DNA of 64,000 bases, from NCBI GenBank assembly GCA_965203905.1, contig CBDBDQ010000005.1, forward strand, positions 3,712,001-3,776,000, written 5' to 3'. Under the pieces are notes generated by a model, which had not been told where the DNA came from, ran no database searches, and was given only the letters and a program-made list of their open reading frames with translations. This document shows, piece after piece, positions 20,817 through 29,055 of the stretch. Position numbers and translations under genes: made by a program. Every line of letters starts with the position of its first letter. The first letter of the stretch is position 1. The stretch comes from Spirochaetia bacterium (GTDB taxonomy: Bacteria > Spirochaetota > Spirochaetia > SZUA-6 > Bin103).

Positions 20817-21233
20817 ATGGCAAAGATCACCATGTTCAAGGGCTACGAGGGCGAGCCGCCGGTCGCCCGGCCGGCGACGCCGCCGGATGCGAACGTCGTG
20901 ACCGCGGCCGACGGGAAGCCGGTGAAGTATCCCGGCTGCGAGGGGATCGGGGTGCGCGTGGTGCACCCCTCCAATCCGCGCGCCCCGGCGCAGAGCCTGG
21001 GTCTGGTGATGTTCTACGTGCCGCCGCACGTGGTGCTGGAGCCGGGCAGCCATCACACCGAGGAGTGCTACGTGATCGTGCGCGGTCGCGGCACCATGAC
21101 CCTCAACGGGGAGCGGCGCGAGGTGTCCGCCGGCACCTTCATCCACCTGCCGCCCTGGTGCGAGCACGGGGTGGAGAACACCGGCGACGAGACGCTGGAG
21201 ATCCTGATCTGCACCTCCCCGCCCAACCCCTAG
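20817..21233 (+). CDS. Cupin-domain protein
   Basis: GSHHTEECYVIVRGRG and GTFIHLPPWCEHGVEN; strong AGGAGG RBS. Confidence 0.9.
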   Translation: MAKITMFKGYEGEPPVARPATPPDANVVTAADGKPVKYPGCEGIGVRVVHPSNPRAPAQSLGLVMFYVPPHVVLEPGSHHTEECYVIVRGRGTMTLNGERREVSAGTFIHLPPWCEHGVENTGDETLEILICTSPPNP

Positions 21234-21235
21234 CG

Positions 21236-21805
21236 TTGTCACTCACGCGGGAGGTGGTGGCGCGCACCCTCGGGCGGGTGCTGGAAGCGTGACAGCCGGC
21301 GCTCCCCTATCGGTTGGTGGGTACCGCCGCGGCGCTGCTCCAGAGGGTGGAGCTGCCGGCTCGGGCAATCGACATCCTGTGCCGCGAGCGGGCGGCGGTC
21401 GACCGGTTCGCGGTCGCTCTCGCGCCGTACCCGGCGCTGCAGGAGCCGGTATGGCTGGCGGGCGATCACCAGTACTTCTGCAACTACGACGTGGGCGGCG
21501 TGGAGGTCGGCGCCAGCACGGTGGAGATCGACGCCGATCACGACACCACCGAGACCTTCGGGACCGGTCCGTGGCGCCACTTCGTGGAGGTGCCGCTCGG
21601 GGCACATCGGGTGCCGGCGGTAAGGCTGGAGCTTCGCCTGGCGACCGAGCTGCTGCGCCGGCGCCGCGACCGCGCCGAGCCGCTCATCGCCTTCCTGGGC
21701 GCCCACGGCTGCGACACGCGCCTCGCCGCCCGCGCACTGGAGAACGCCGGCGTCGCCCCGCGCACCCGCACCCGCGTGCTCGCCAGGCTCAGCCCGAGCC
21801 AGTAA
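21236..21805 (+). pseudogene. Nucleotidyltransferase-fold hypothetical protein interrupted by an in-frame TGA
   Basis: One frame reads LSLTREVVARTLGRVLEA*QPALPYRLVGTAAALLQRVELPARAIDIL; TGA at 21290-21292; the NTase-like DxD is degenerate (AID). Confidence 0.5.
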
Positions 21806-21964
21806 CGCCCCGAACCGTCGCCTACCGGCGCCGCTTTCGGCCCAGCCCCTCCTACCGTACGGAGTCCTGTCGGCCTGCCGCTGACGCGCCAATCCGACAG
21901 ACTCCTAGCGCCCGAGATCGGTGGCGGCGTTGGCCGCGCGCCGCGACACCGCGGGACACGGACT

Positions 21965-22375
21965 TCAGGGCGACCGCGGGGCGAGTGACAGGATCAGTGA
22001 CCCGACACGACCGATGTGGGCAAAGTGGCCGTCGGTGGTAACCACGGTGGCGCCCTCGCGCGCCGCCAGGGCCGCTATCCAGATGTCGTTCGTGGGAAGT
22101 GGCGTTCCGCTCCGGCGCAGCTCCACCACGATATCGGCGTAGTGCGATGCCGCTTCGTCATCCACGTTCAGGACCGCCACCACGGGCTCCTGAATGAACT
22201 GCCGGAGTCGCTCTTCGTTCTCGACCCGGCGCGTGCCGAGGCGGAACCCCACTCGGAGTTCGCCCAGGACAATGGCCGGCACCAGTACCGACCTGGCGCG
22301 GGTCACGATCCGTACCGCCTCCGGTACGCCGCGCCTGAAGTTGCTGTACCCCGAGGTGTCGAGGCAGATGCGCAT
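21965..22375 (-). CDS. vapC: VapC PIN-domain toxin
   Basis: ICLDTS, IVLGEL, PTNDIWIAA, TTDGHF. Confidence 0.92.
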   Translation of the reverse strand: MRICLDTSGYSNFRRGVPEAVRIVTRARSVLVPAIVLGELRVGFRLGTRRVENEERLRQFIQEPVVAVLNVDDEAASHYADIVVELRRSGTPLPTNDIWIAALAAREGATVVTTDGHFAHIGRVGSLILSLAPRSP

Positions 22376-22626
22376 CAGTGCCAGAGCTCCTCGTCGATCT
22401 GCCGGAACATCCTGGTGTTGTCCTCGAACTCCTGCAGCTCCGCCTGGCTCCAGTCACCTGCATGGCGGCTCAGCCCGTTCTCGTACGCTGCGTCGGGCGC
22501 AAGGCCCAGTGCGCGCCGCAACAGATCGAGCACCGTCTGGTTGAGGGACGCGCCACGGCGCGACTTCTCCGCCAACAGGGCGTCGGCGACTTCACCGGGA
22601 ACGTTACGAACCGTGAGATGTTTCAT
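22375..22626 (-). CDS. Ribbon-helix-helix antitoxin (FitA/VapB-like)
   Basis: MKHLTVRNVP...SLNQTVLDLL; acidic C-terminus; TGATG coupling to vapC. Confidence 0.85.
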   Translation of the reverse strand: MKHLTVRNVPGEVADALLAEKSRRGASLNQTVLDLLRRALGLAPDAAYENGLSRHAGDWSQAELQEFEDNTRMFRQIDEELWH

Positions 22627-22636
22627 GCTTCGATTC

Positions 22637-22655
22637 CTGCATTCATTTGATGCAG
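22637..22655. promoter_or_regulatory. Putative TA autoregulatory operator
   Basis: Inverted repeat CTGCAT-N7-ATGCAG just upstream of the antitoxin start. Confidence 0.5.
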
Positions 22656-22790
22656 TCTATGAATTGCTTCTGAATGTGTCAACCGAAGAAGCAGTAGGGA
22701 TGGGCACCGTTCGCCAACGCCAATGGCGAATTTCATGATAATCGCCATGTCTGATGGCGTTTGGATCTGGAACGCCTGCTCGCGGTGCTA

Positions 22791-23696
22791 CTAGCAGTTC
22801 GAAGTAGAGGGACGGAAGCCGGCGGCGCGCTCGTCGCGGGTGGTGGGTGCCAGTTCGGTCGCGGGATCGCCTGCAATGCGGGTGGCCTGCAGCACGCGCG
22901 GCTCGGTTCGGTCGTAGGGCCGCGCCCGGTGCAGCACGCAGCGGTTGTCCCACAGCAGCAGGTCGCCCGCCTGCCACCGATGGGTGTACACCCGCGGTGG
23001 CCGGCACGCACGTTGCAACAGGTCGTCGACCAGCGCCTGGGCGTCGGCATCCTCCATGCCGGGGATGCGATAGATGTGGCGCGCGAGCTGCAGCGCCTTG
23101 CGGCCGGTGACGGGATGGGTCTTGACCAGCGGGCGGATCGGCGCGCCCTTGTCGTGATACCCGTATCCGGAGCCGGTATCGACGAAGTGGCCGACCTTCG
23201 CCTGGGACGCGTACAGGGAGTGACACGCCGCCAGCCCCGCGATCCGGTCCCTGGTTTCGGCGTCGAGCGCGTCGTAGGCGGCACGCATGTCGGCGAACTC
23301 GGTCTCGCCGCCGCTGGCCGGCACCTCGATGGCGGACAACAGCCCCGCCTTCGCGGAGAGCGGCATGTAGGTGCTGTCCATGTGCCAGCCCTCGTTGCCG
23401 CGTAGCGCCTTGAAGCGGAATTCGTCCGGTTGCAGCAGGGTGCCGTCCAGCTTCTTGTTGCTGAACTGGACCGCCTCACGGCCGTCCTCCCGCAGGATCT
23501 CGATCTCGCCGAAGCGTCTGCCGAAGGCGACCTGATCGTCCGCTCCGAGGTGCTGCCCCGGGAACACCAGCACGGCGTACTCCAGAAACGCTTCCTCGAC
23601 CGCACGCCAAGCCTGGCCGCTGAGGCGGGTCAGGTCTACGTCAGTGATTACCGCGCCGAGGGTCGCCCCCGCGACCGGAGCAACGCGCGCCGTCAC
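22791..23696 (-). CDS. TauD/TfdA-family dioxygenase
   Basis: GTG 23696 overlaps the upstream stop; WHMDSTY, GGETEFADM, WDNRCVLHRA. Confidence 0.92.
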   Translation of the reverse strand: MTARVAPVAGATLGAVITDVDLTRLSGQAWRAVEEAFLEYAVLVFPGQHLGADDQVAFGRRFGEIEILREDGREAVQFSNKKLDGTLLQPDEFRFKALRGNEGWHMDSTYMPLSAKAGLLSAIEVPASGGETEFADMRAAYDALDAETRDRIAGLAACHSLYASQAKVGHFVDTGSGYGYHDKGAPIRPLVKTHPVTGRKALQLARHIYRIPGMEDADAQALVDDLLQRACRPPRVYTHRWQAGDLLLWDNRCVLHRARPYDRTEPRVLQATRIAGDPATELAPTTRDERAAGFRPSTSNC

Positions 23697-24118
23697 TCCG
23701 CCGCCTCCGGGGTCGGGACCAGTGCACGCCGCTGCTTCCCTTCCATCAGGCCTGCAAGGAATGATACCCGCTGTTCTACTCCGGCGATCCGATCCGCGAG
23801 CCGCTGATCTACGGCCGCGATCTGTTCGGTCAGCCGATGATCGACACTCGCAATCTGTTCGGTCAACCGATGATCGACACTCGCAATCTGTTCGGTCAAG
23901 CGCTGATCGACACCCGCAATCTGTTCGGTCAGCCGTTGGTCGACACCCGCGATCTGGTCCTTGAGCCGCTGATCGACACCCGCGATCTGGTCCGCGAGCC
24001 GGTGATCTACGGTGACGATCTGGTCCGCCAGCCGGCGAAACCCGGAAACGGCCAGGCCGGTGCTGGTTATCCCGGCGGCAACAACCGCCACGAGCACGGC
24101 CACCCATTCAACGGACAC
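23693..24118 (-). CDS. Membrane-anchored coiled-coil protein with 11-aa repeats
   Basis: GGAGG RBS, N-terminal TM helix, about 7 copies of D(Q/H)RL(T/A/K)(E/D)QIA(G/S/A)V. Confidence 0.8.
   Translation of the reverse strand: MSVEWVAVLVAVVAAGITSTGLAVSGFRRLADQIVTVDHRLADQIAGVDQRLKDQIAGVDQRLTEQIAGVDQRLTEQIASVDHRLTEQIASVDHRLTEQIAAVDQRLADRIAGVEQRVSFLAGLMEGKQRRALVPTPEAAE
23771..24036. repeat. 33-bp coding tandem repeat, about 8 units
   Basis: Unit approximately gatcgacacccgcaatctgttcggtcagccgct, head-to-tail with no spacers. Confidence 0.9.
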
Positions 24119-24312
24119 TCGGATCTACCTCCATGAGCCTGCTCGCTGGCAGGCTCGTAGACTAACAACGGCGCGCCGTCGCTGACGCTTTGCAGTTGCG
24201 GCCCAGGAACTGTAATCAGCCGTAGTCCCCGGGTTCAAGCCCTGCGCGGCAACGTCCCATCGCGTGACAAGGCGGAAGCACCTGGATCCGCCCGCCACCG
24301 GCCGACCGGTGC

Positions 24313-24346
24313 CCGGAGGCCGCCGTTACGGCTTGGCGGTCTCCGG
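24313..24346 (-). terminator. GC-rich hairpin downstream of SBP copy 1
   Basis: ccggaggccgcc...ggcggtctccgg; homologous to 27081-27119 and 30573-30611; no U-tract. Confidence 0.5.
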
Positions 24347-24363
24347 CCAGGCGAGAGGCCTTG

Positions 24364-25926
24364 CTACATCTCCGCGTGCTGGGCGCGTGCCTCGGCGAGC
24401 ACTTCGTTGCCGCCGGCACGCATCCACTGTGCGACGTAGGTGTCCCAGTCGTCGTCGGTGTCGGCGTCGCCGGTGATCGCCTTCCACATGTACTCTTCGC
24501 GAATGCGCGCCATGTCGGCGCGGTACTGGTTCTGGGAGTCCAGCACCCAGCCGTGTCCGAGCACCGGGTTGATGATGTTGTAGCCCTTCTGGCGCTCCGC
24601 CATCGCCAAGGCGTCGCTGCCGAACGAGGCGGTGAACATCCAGCCGTAGCGGATGTTGGTCAGGAAGAACTTCACCCCCAGGTCGCCCTGCGCCTCCATG
24701 CCCTGCGCAGCGGGCAGGAATTGGCGCATGCCTTCATCGTCGAATTCGAAATGCTCGCCCTCGATGCCGGACCAGATCAGGTTGTGGTAGAAGGGGTCGG
24801 CTATCTGCAGGTCGATCACCCCGAGGATCTTCTCCAGGGCCAGGTCGCTGGTGTCCTTGCCGATGACGTGGTAGGTCCACAGCGGAGCACGCAGCTCCCA
24901 GGTCGGCTCGTAACCGGCGGCGGTCAACTGGCCCACGTACTCCACCGTGGCGTTGGGATCCTTCTCGAACAGGTTCGGGAACCAGGTGCCCGGCCGGTAC
25001 TTGGGCAGCACCCAGGTCCAGGTGTCGCCGGCGAAGCCGACGTGACCGTCCTGGAACAGCGTGCCGACCGCTTGCTTGTCGGGCAGCGTGACATCGGGAT
25101 GGATCACCCCCGCCTCCCACATGCCGTTCATCCAGCGCAGGAAGTCGCGGAACCCCTCGGTGACCTCGAAGAACGTGACCTCGCCGCTGTCAGGGGCGAG
25201 GTAGGGCCGCTCGACGTGCTCGTAACCAAACGCCACCAGGAGGGTTGCCAGGCTGCTTCTCCAGCTCCCCGGAGACGTCGCCGACGTGGCGATGCCCCAA
25301 GTGTCCTTCTGGCCGTTGCCGTCGGGATCGTCGTAGGTGAACCGGCGCGCCACCTCGGCGAACTCTTCCACGGTGGTGGGTATCGAAGCGCCGAGCGCCT
25401 CCAGCCAGTCGCCGCGCACCACGATCTGGTGCTTGATCTCGCTACCGCCGTTGGGCACCGCCCACAGCGACTCGGTGTCCTTGTCCCAGGACGGGAAGTC
25501 GAACCAGACCCCCTCCGCTTCGCCGTTGGCGTAGTCGCGCCAGTAGGTGGGCGCGTGCTGCTTGACCATGTCGAGCGGTACCTCGCGCAGCAGCCCCTCG
25601 TCCTTGTAGCGCAGCATGTTGTTCTGGGTGGCCAGCATGTGGTCGGGAATCTCGCCGGCCGCGAACAGCAGGTTCATCTCCTCGGCACTGAAGGCGTCCG
25701 ACTTGACGACGCGCAGATCGATGTTCAACGCCTTGTTGAACTCCTGGATGATGCGGCTGTCCGGCTGCGGGTAGAGCGCTCCCCCCGGCGTCTTCAGGCG
25801 CAGCCCCACCCAGTTGATCACGACCGGCCCCTCGTCCGCGGTCGCGGTCTCCGCCTCGGAAGCGGCAAACACACCCGGCGTCGCCGCAACCAGGACTACG
25901 AATGCAAGTACGGTGAATCTCCTCAC
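24364..25926 (-). CDS. Extracellular solute-binding protein, carbohydrate ABC family (copy 1)
   Basis: GTG after AAGGAG, signal peptide, AGEIPD, RGDWLEALG...PTTVEEF, DPDGNG motif. Confidence 0.92.
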   Translation of the reverse strand: MRRFTVLAFVVLVAATPGVFAASEAETATADEGPVVINWVGLRLKTPGGALYPQPDSRIIQEFNKALNIDLRVVKSDAFSAEEMNLLFAAGEIPDHMLATQNNMLRYKDEGLLREVPLDMVKQHAPTYWRDYANGEAEGVWFDFPSWDKDTESLWAVPNGGSEIKHQIVVRGDWLEALGASIPTTVEEFAEVARRFTYDDPDGNGQKDTWGIATSATSPGSWRSSLATLLVAFGYEHVERPYLAPDSGEVTFFEVTEGFRDFLRWMNGMWEAGVIHPDVTLPDKQAVGTLFQDGHVGFAGDTWTWVLPKYRPGTWFPNLFEKDPNATVEYVGQLTAAGYEPTWELRAPLWTYHVIGKDTSDLALEKILGVIDLQIADPFYHNLIWSGIEGEHFEFDDEGMRQFLPAAQGMEAQGDLGVKFFLTNIRYGWMFTASFGSDALAMAERQKGYNIINPVLGHGWVLDSQNQYRADMARIREEYMWKAITGDADTDDDWDTYVAQWMRAGGNEVLAEARAQHAEM

Positions 25927-26087
25927 GTCGTATCTCCTTGTGTGGATCGATGATATGCGGACGGTCCTGCCGCCGCTGCCCCGCAACCCGGGGCTCGTCG
26001 TCGTTCCACTGAGCCTACCATACATAAGAATCTGACCGAACCAATGGGGCACTTGCCGGCCCGCGGGCAGCGAATTAATCTGAAGCG

Positions 26088-27056
26088 ATGCGGATCGCCA
26101 ACCCGATGTACGACGCCGCCTTCAAGTACCTGATGGACGACCAGGCGGCCGCGCGGCTGCTGGTCGGGGCCGTGCTGGGCGAGGAAGTGGTGAGCCTGGA
26201 GGCGCTGCCGCAGGAGCGCGCGGCGCGGCCGTCGCCGGCGCCGACGGAGGGCGAGCCGCCGTCGGGGGAGATCCTGACGGTGCGACGGGTGGACTTCGCG
26301 GCCACGGTGCGTACGTCATCGGGTGAGCGGCTGCGGGTGCTGGTGGAGGTGCAGAAGGCGCGCTTCACCGACGAGGTGATGCGGTTCCGCGAGTACCTGG
26401 GGCGCCACTACGCTGACCGCGACAACTACGACGAGGGCGCGGACGGACGGCGGCGGCATCGCCCATTGCGGGCGATCTACATCCTGGGAGAGTGCCTGCC
26501 GCGCACGGCGACGACGGTGCTGCGGGTGGCGCGGGAGTACGTGGACGGGGTGAGCGGGGAGCGGCTGAGCGAGCGGGAGGAGTTCGTGGAAGCGTCGAGC
26601 CACGACTGCTGGGTGGTGCAGGTGCCTTTGCTGGCGTCGCGGCGGCGGACGGACCTGGAGCGGCTGCTGAGCGTGTTCGACCAGGAGTTGCAAGTGCCGG
26701 GCGAGCGGCACGTTCTGGATGTGAACGTGCGCGAGATACCGGAGCGCTACGATCCGGTGCTGCGGCGGCTGGAGGGAGCCGTCGCGAGCGTGGAGGTGGC
26801 GGACTCGATGGCGCTGGAGGACGAGGTCGCGGAGACGTGGGGGCGGATGAAGCGGGAGAACGCGGCGAAGGACGTGGCACTTGCCGAGAAGGACGCGGCG
26901 CTGGAGCGAGGCCGCACGGCGCTCGCCGAGAAGGATGCGGCGCTGGAGCGAGACCGCGCGGCGCTCGCCGAAAAGGACGCGGCGCTCACCGTGGCTGAGC
27001 AGCGGACCGCGGAACTGGAGCGCCGGCTGGCGGAGTTGGGCGGCGACGGCGATTGA
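26088..27056 (+). CDS. Rpn-family / PD-(D/E)XK transposase-like nuclease with coiled-coil tail
   Basis: ANPMYDAAFKYLM, RVDF...VEVQK, MRFREY; C-terminal ALAEKDAAL repeats. Confidence 0.8.
   Translation: MRIANPMYDAAFKYLMDDQAAARLLVGAVLGEEVVSLEALPQERAARPSPAPTEGEPPSGEILTVRRVDFAATVRTSSGERLRVLVEVQKARFTDEVMRFREYLGRHYADRDNYDEGADGRRRHRPLRAIYILGECLPRTATTVLRVAREYVDGVSGERLSEREEFVEASSHDCWVVQVPLLASRRRTDLERLLSVFDQELQVPGERHVLDVNVREIPERYDPVLRRLEGAVASVEVADSMALEDEVAETWGRMKRENAAKDVALAEKDAALERGRTALAEKDAALERDRAALAEKDAALTVAEQRTAELERRLAELGGDGD
26878..26987 (+). repeat. 42-bp coding tandem repeat (ALAEKDAALERxRx), about 3 units
   Basis: gcgctcgccgagaaggacgcggcgctggagcga-type units visible directly. Confidence 0.8.
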
Positions 27057-27080
27057 ACCGCCGCGATTCTCCGGCTCCTA

Positions 27081-27119
27081 CCCGGAGGCCGCTCGCCGCG
27101 CGGCGTCGCGGTCTCCGGG
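27081..27119. terminator. GC-rich hairpin downstream of SBP copy 2
   Basis: cccggaggccgc...gcggtctccggg, between convergent genes. Confidence 0.5.
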
Positions 27120-27138
27120 CAGTGCGGCAGGGTCGGTG

Positions 27139-28698
27139 CTACATCTCGGCGTGCTTGGCGCGTGCCTCCGCCAGCACGGCTTCGCCACCGGCGCGCATCC
27201 ACTGCGCGACGTAGGTGTCCCAGTCGCCGTCGGTATCGGCGTCGCCGGTGATCGCCTTCCACAGGTACTCTTCGCGCACGCGCGCCATGTCGGCGCGGTG
27301 CTGGTTCTGGGTCTCCAGCACCCAGCCGTGGCCGAGCGCCGGGGTGATGATGTCGTAGCTCTCCTGGCGCGCCGCCATCTCCTCGGCCTCGCTGCCGAAC
27401 GAGGCGGTGAACATCCAGCCGTAGCGGATGTTGGTCAGGAAGAACTTCACCCCCAGGTCGCCCTGCGCCTCCAGATCCATGCCCGGCAGGAACTGGCGCA
27501 TGCCGCCGTCGTCGAACTCGAAGTGCTCGCCTTCGATGCCGGACCAGATCAGGTTGTGGTAGAAGGGATCGGCCATCTGCAGCTCGATCACGCCGAGGAT
27601 CTTCTCCAGCACCAGGTCGCTGGTGTCCTTGCCGACGGTGTGGTACATCCACAGTGCCGGGCGCAACTCCCAGGTCGGCTGGTGGCCGGCGGCGGTCAAC
27701 TGGCCCAGATATTCCACGCGGGCATCGGGATCCTTCTCGAACAGATTGGGGAACCAGGTGCCGGGCCGGTACGTGGGCAATACCCAGGTCCAGGAATCGC
27801 CGGCAAAGCCGACGCGACCGTCCTGGAACAGGGTGCCGACCGCTTGCTTGTTGGGCAGCGTGACATCGGGGTGGATCACCCCGGCCTCCCACATGCCGTT
27901 CATCCAGCGCAGGAAGTCGCGGAAGCCTTCGGTGACCTCGAAGAACATGATCTCGCCGGTCGCGGGGTCGAGGTAGGGCCGGTCGACGTGCTCGTAGCCG
28001 AACGCCGCCAGAAAGGTGCGCAGGCTGCTGGTCCAGCTCCCCGGGGAGGTAGCCGAGGTGGCGATGCCCCAGGTGTTCTTCTCGCCGTCGCCGTCGGGAT
28101 CGTCGTAGGTGAACTGGCGCGCCACCTCGGCGAACTCTGCCACGGTGGTCGGCACCGATGCGCCGACCGCGTCCAGCCAGTCGCCGCGCGCCACAAGCTG
28201 GTGCTTGATCTCGGTGCCGCCGTTGGGCAGCGCCCACAGCGTCTCGGTGTCCTTGTCCCAGGAGGGGAAGTCGAACCAGATCCCCTCCACCGAGCCGTTG
28301 GCGTAGTCGCGCCAGTAGGTGGGGGCGTGCTGCTTGACCATGTCGAGCGGGATCTCGCGCAGCAACCCCTCGTCCTGGTAGCGCAGCATGTTGTTCTGGC
28401 TGGCCAGGATGTGGTCGGGAATCTCGCCGGTCGCGAACAGCAGGTTCATCTCCTCGGCGCTTACGAAGTCTACCTTGACCGGGCGCAGGTCGATGTTCAG
28501 CGCCTTGTTGAACTCCTGGATGATGCGGCTGTCCGGCTGCGGGTAGATCTTTGCACCCGCCGTCACGAAGCGCGCCCCCAACCAGTTGACCACGACCGGC
28601 CCCTCGTCCGCGGTGGCGGTCTCTGCCTCCGATGCGGCGAACGCTACCGGTGTCGCCGCAACCAGGACTGCGATTGCTATTACGGTGAGTCTTCTCAC
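27139..28698 (-). CDS. Extracellular solute-binding protein (copy 2)
   Basis: Close paralog of copies 1 and 3 with divergent N-terminal loops. Confidence 0.92.
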   Translation of the reverse strand: MRRLTVIAIAVLVAATPVAFAASEAETATADEGPVVVNWLGARFVTAGAKIYPQPDSRIIQEFNKALNIDLRPVKVDFVSAEEMNLLFATGEIPDHILASQNNMLRYQDEGLLREIPLDMVKQHAPTYWRDYANGSVEGIWFDFPSWDKDTETLWALPNGGTEIKHQLVARGDWLDAVGASVPTTVAEFAEVARQFTYDDPDGDGEKNTWGIATSATSPGSWTSSLRTFLAAFGYEHVDRPYLDPATGEIMFFEVTEGFRDFLRWMNGMWEAGVIHPDVTLPNKQAVGTLFQDGRVGFAGDSWTWVLPTYRPGTWFPNLFEKDPDARVEYLGQLTAAGHQPTWELRPALWMYHTVGKDTSDLVLEKILGVIELQMADPFYHNLIWSGIEGEHFEFDDGGMRQFLPGMDLEAQGDLGVKFFLTNIRYGWMFTASFGSEAEEMAARQESYDIITPALGHGWVLETQNQHRADMARVREEYLWKAITGDADTDGDWDTYVAQWMRAGGEAVLAEARAKHAEM

Positions 28699-28864
28699 GT
28701 CGTATCTCCTTGTGTGGATAGATGATGTAGTTTGGCAGTCAAACCGCCCCTACCCCCGTAACACGGGGCTCGTCATCTTGTCTATGAGCCTATCATGACA
28801 CACTGCACGATGTGTCGCTGCTTGTGCCGACACCTCGTCACACCCGGAAGTCAGCGCGCCCCGC

Positions 28865-29055
28865 CTACCGCACACGGCACAGATCGTTCCTTCGGAGCAG
28901 CCGCCTGTGGCTATCCTGAATCTGTCCCCCGGCATGCGTGGAATAGATCTTGCCGCGTGGTCTGTTGATAAGGTCTCGGTTTCCGAAATCCTGGTGCAGG
29001 GTCAAGTCGTTCGAATACAACAGGCGGGCGCCGCTTACCTGCGCCAAGGCGAGAC
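28865..29055 (-). pseudogene. 3' remnant of a PIN-like partner gene of the AAA ATPase
   Basis: LALAQVSGARLLYSNDLTLHQDF resembles the C-terminal PIN motif (A..A....L.S.D); no own start; joined out of frame to the ATPase end. Confidence 0.55.

Noticed and set aside
23771-24036. 33-bp periodic repeat as a CRISPR array
   Set aside because: Units are contiguous with no unique spacers, encode an in-frame 11-aa repeat, and no cas genes are present.
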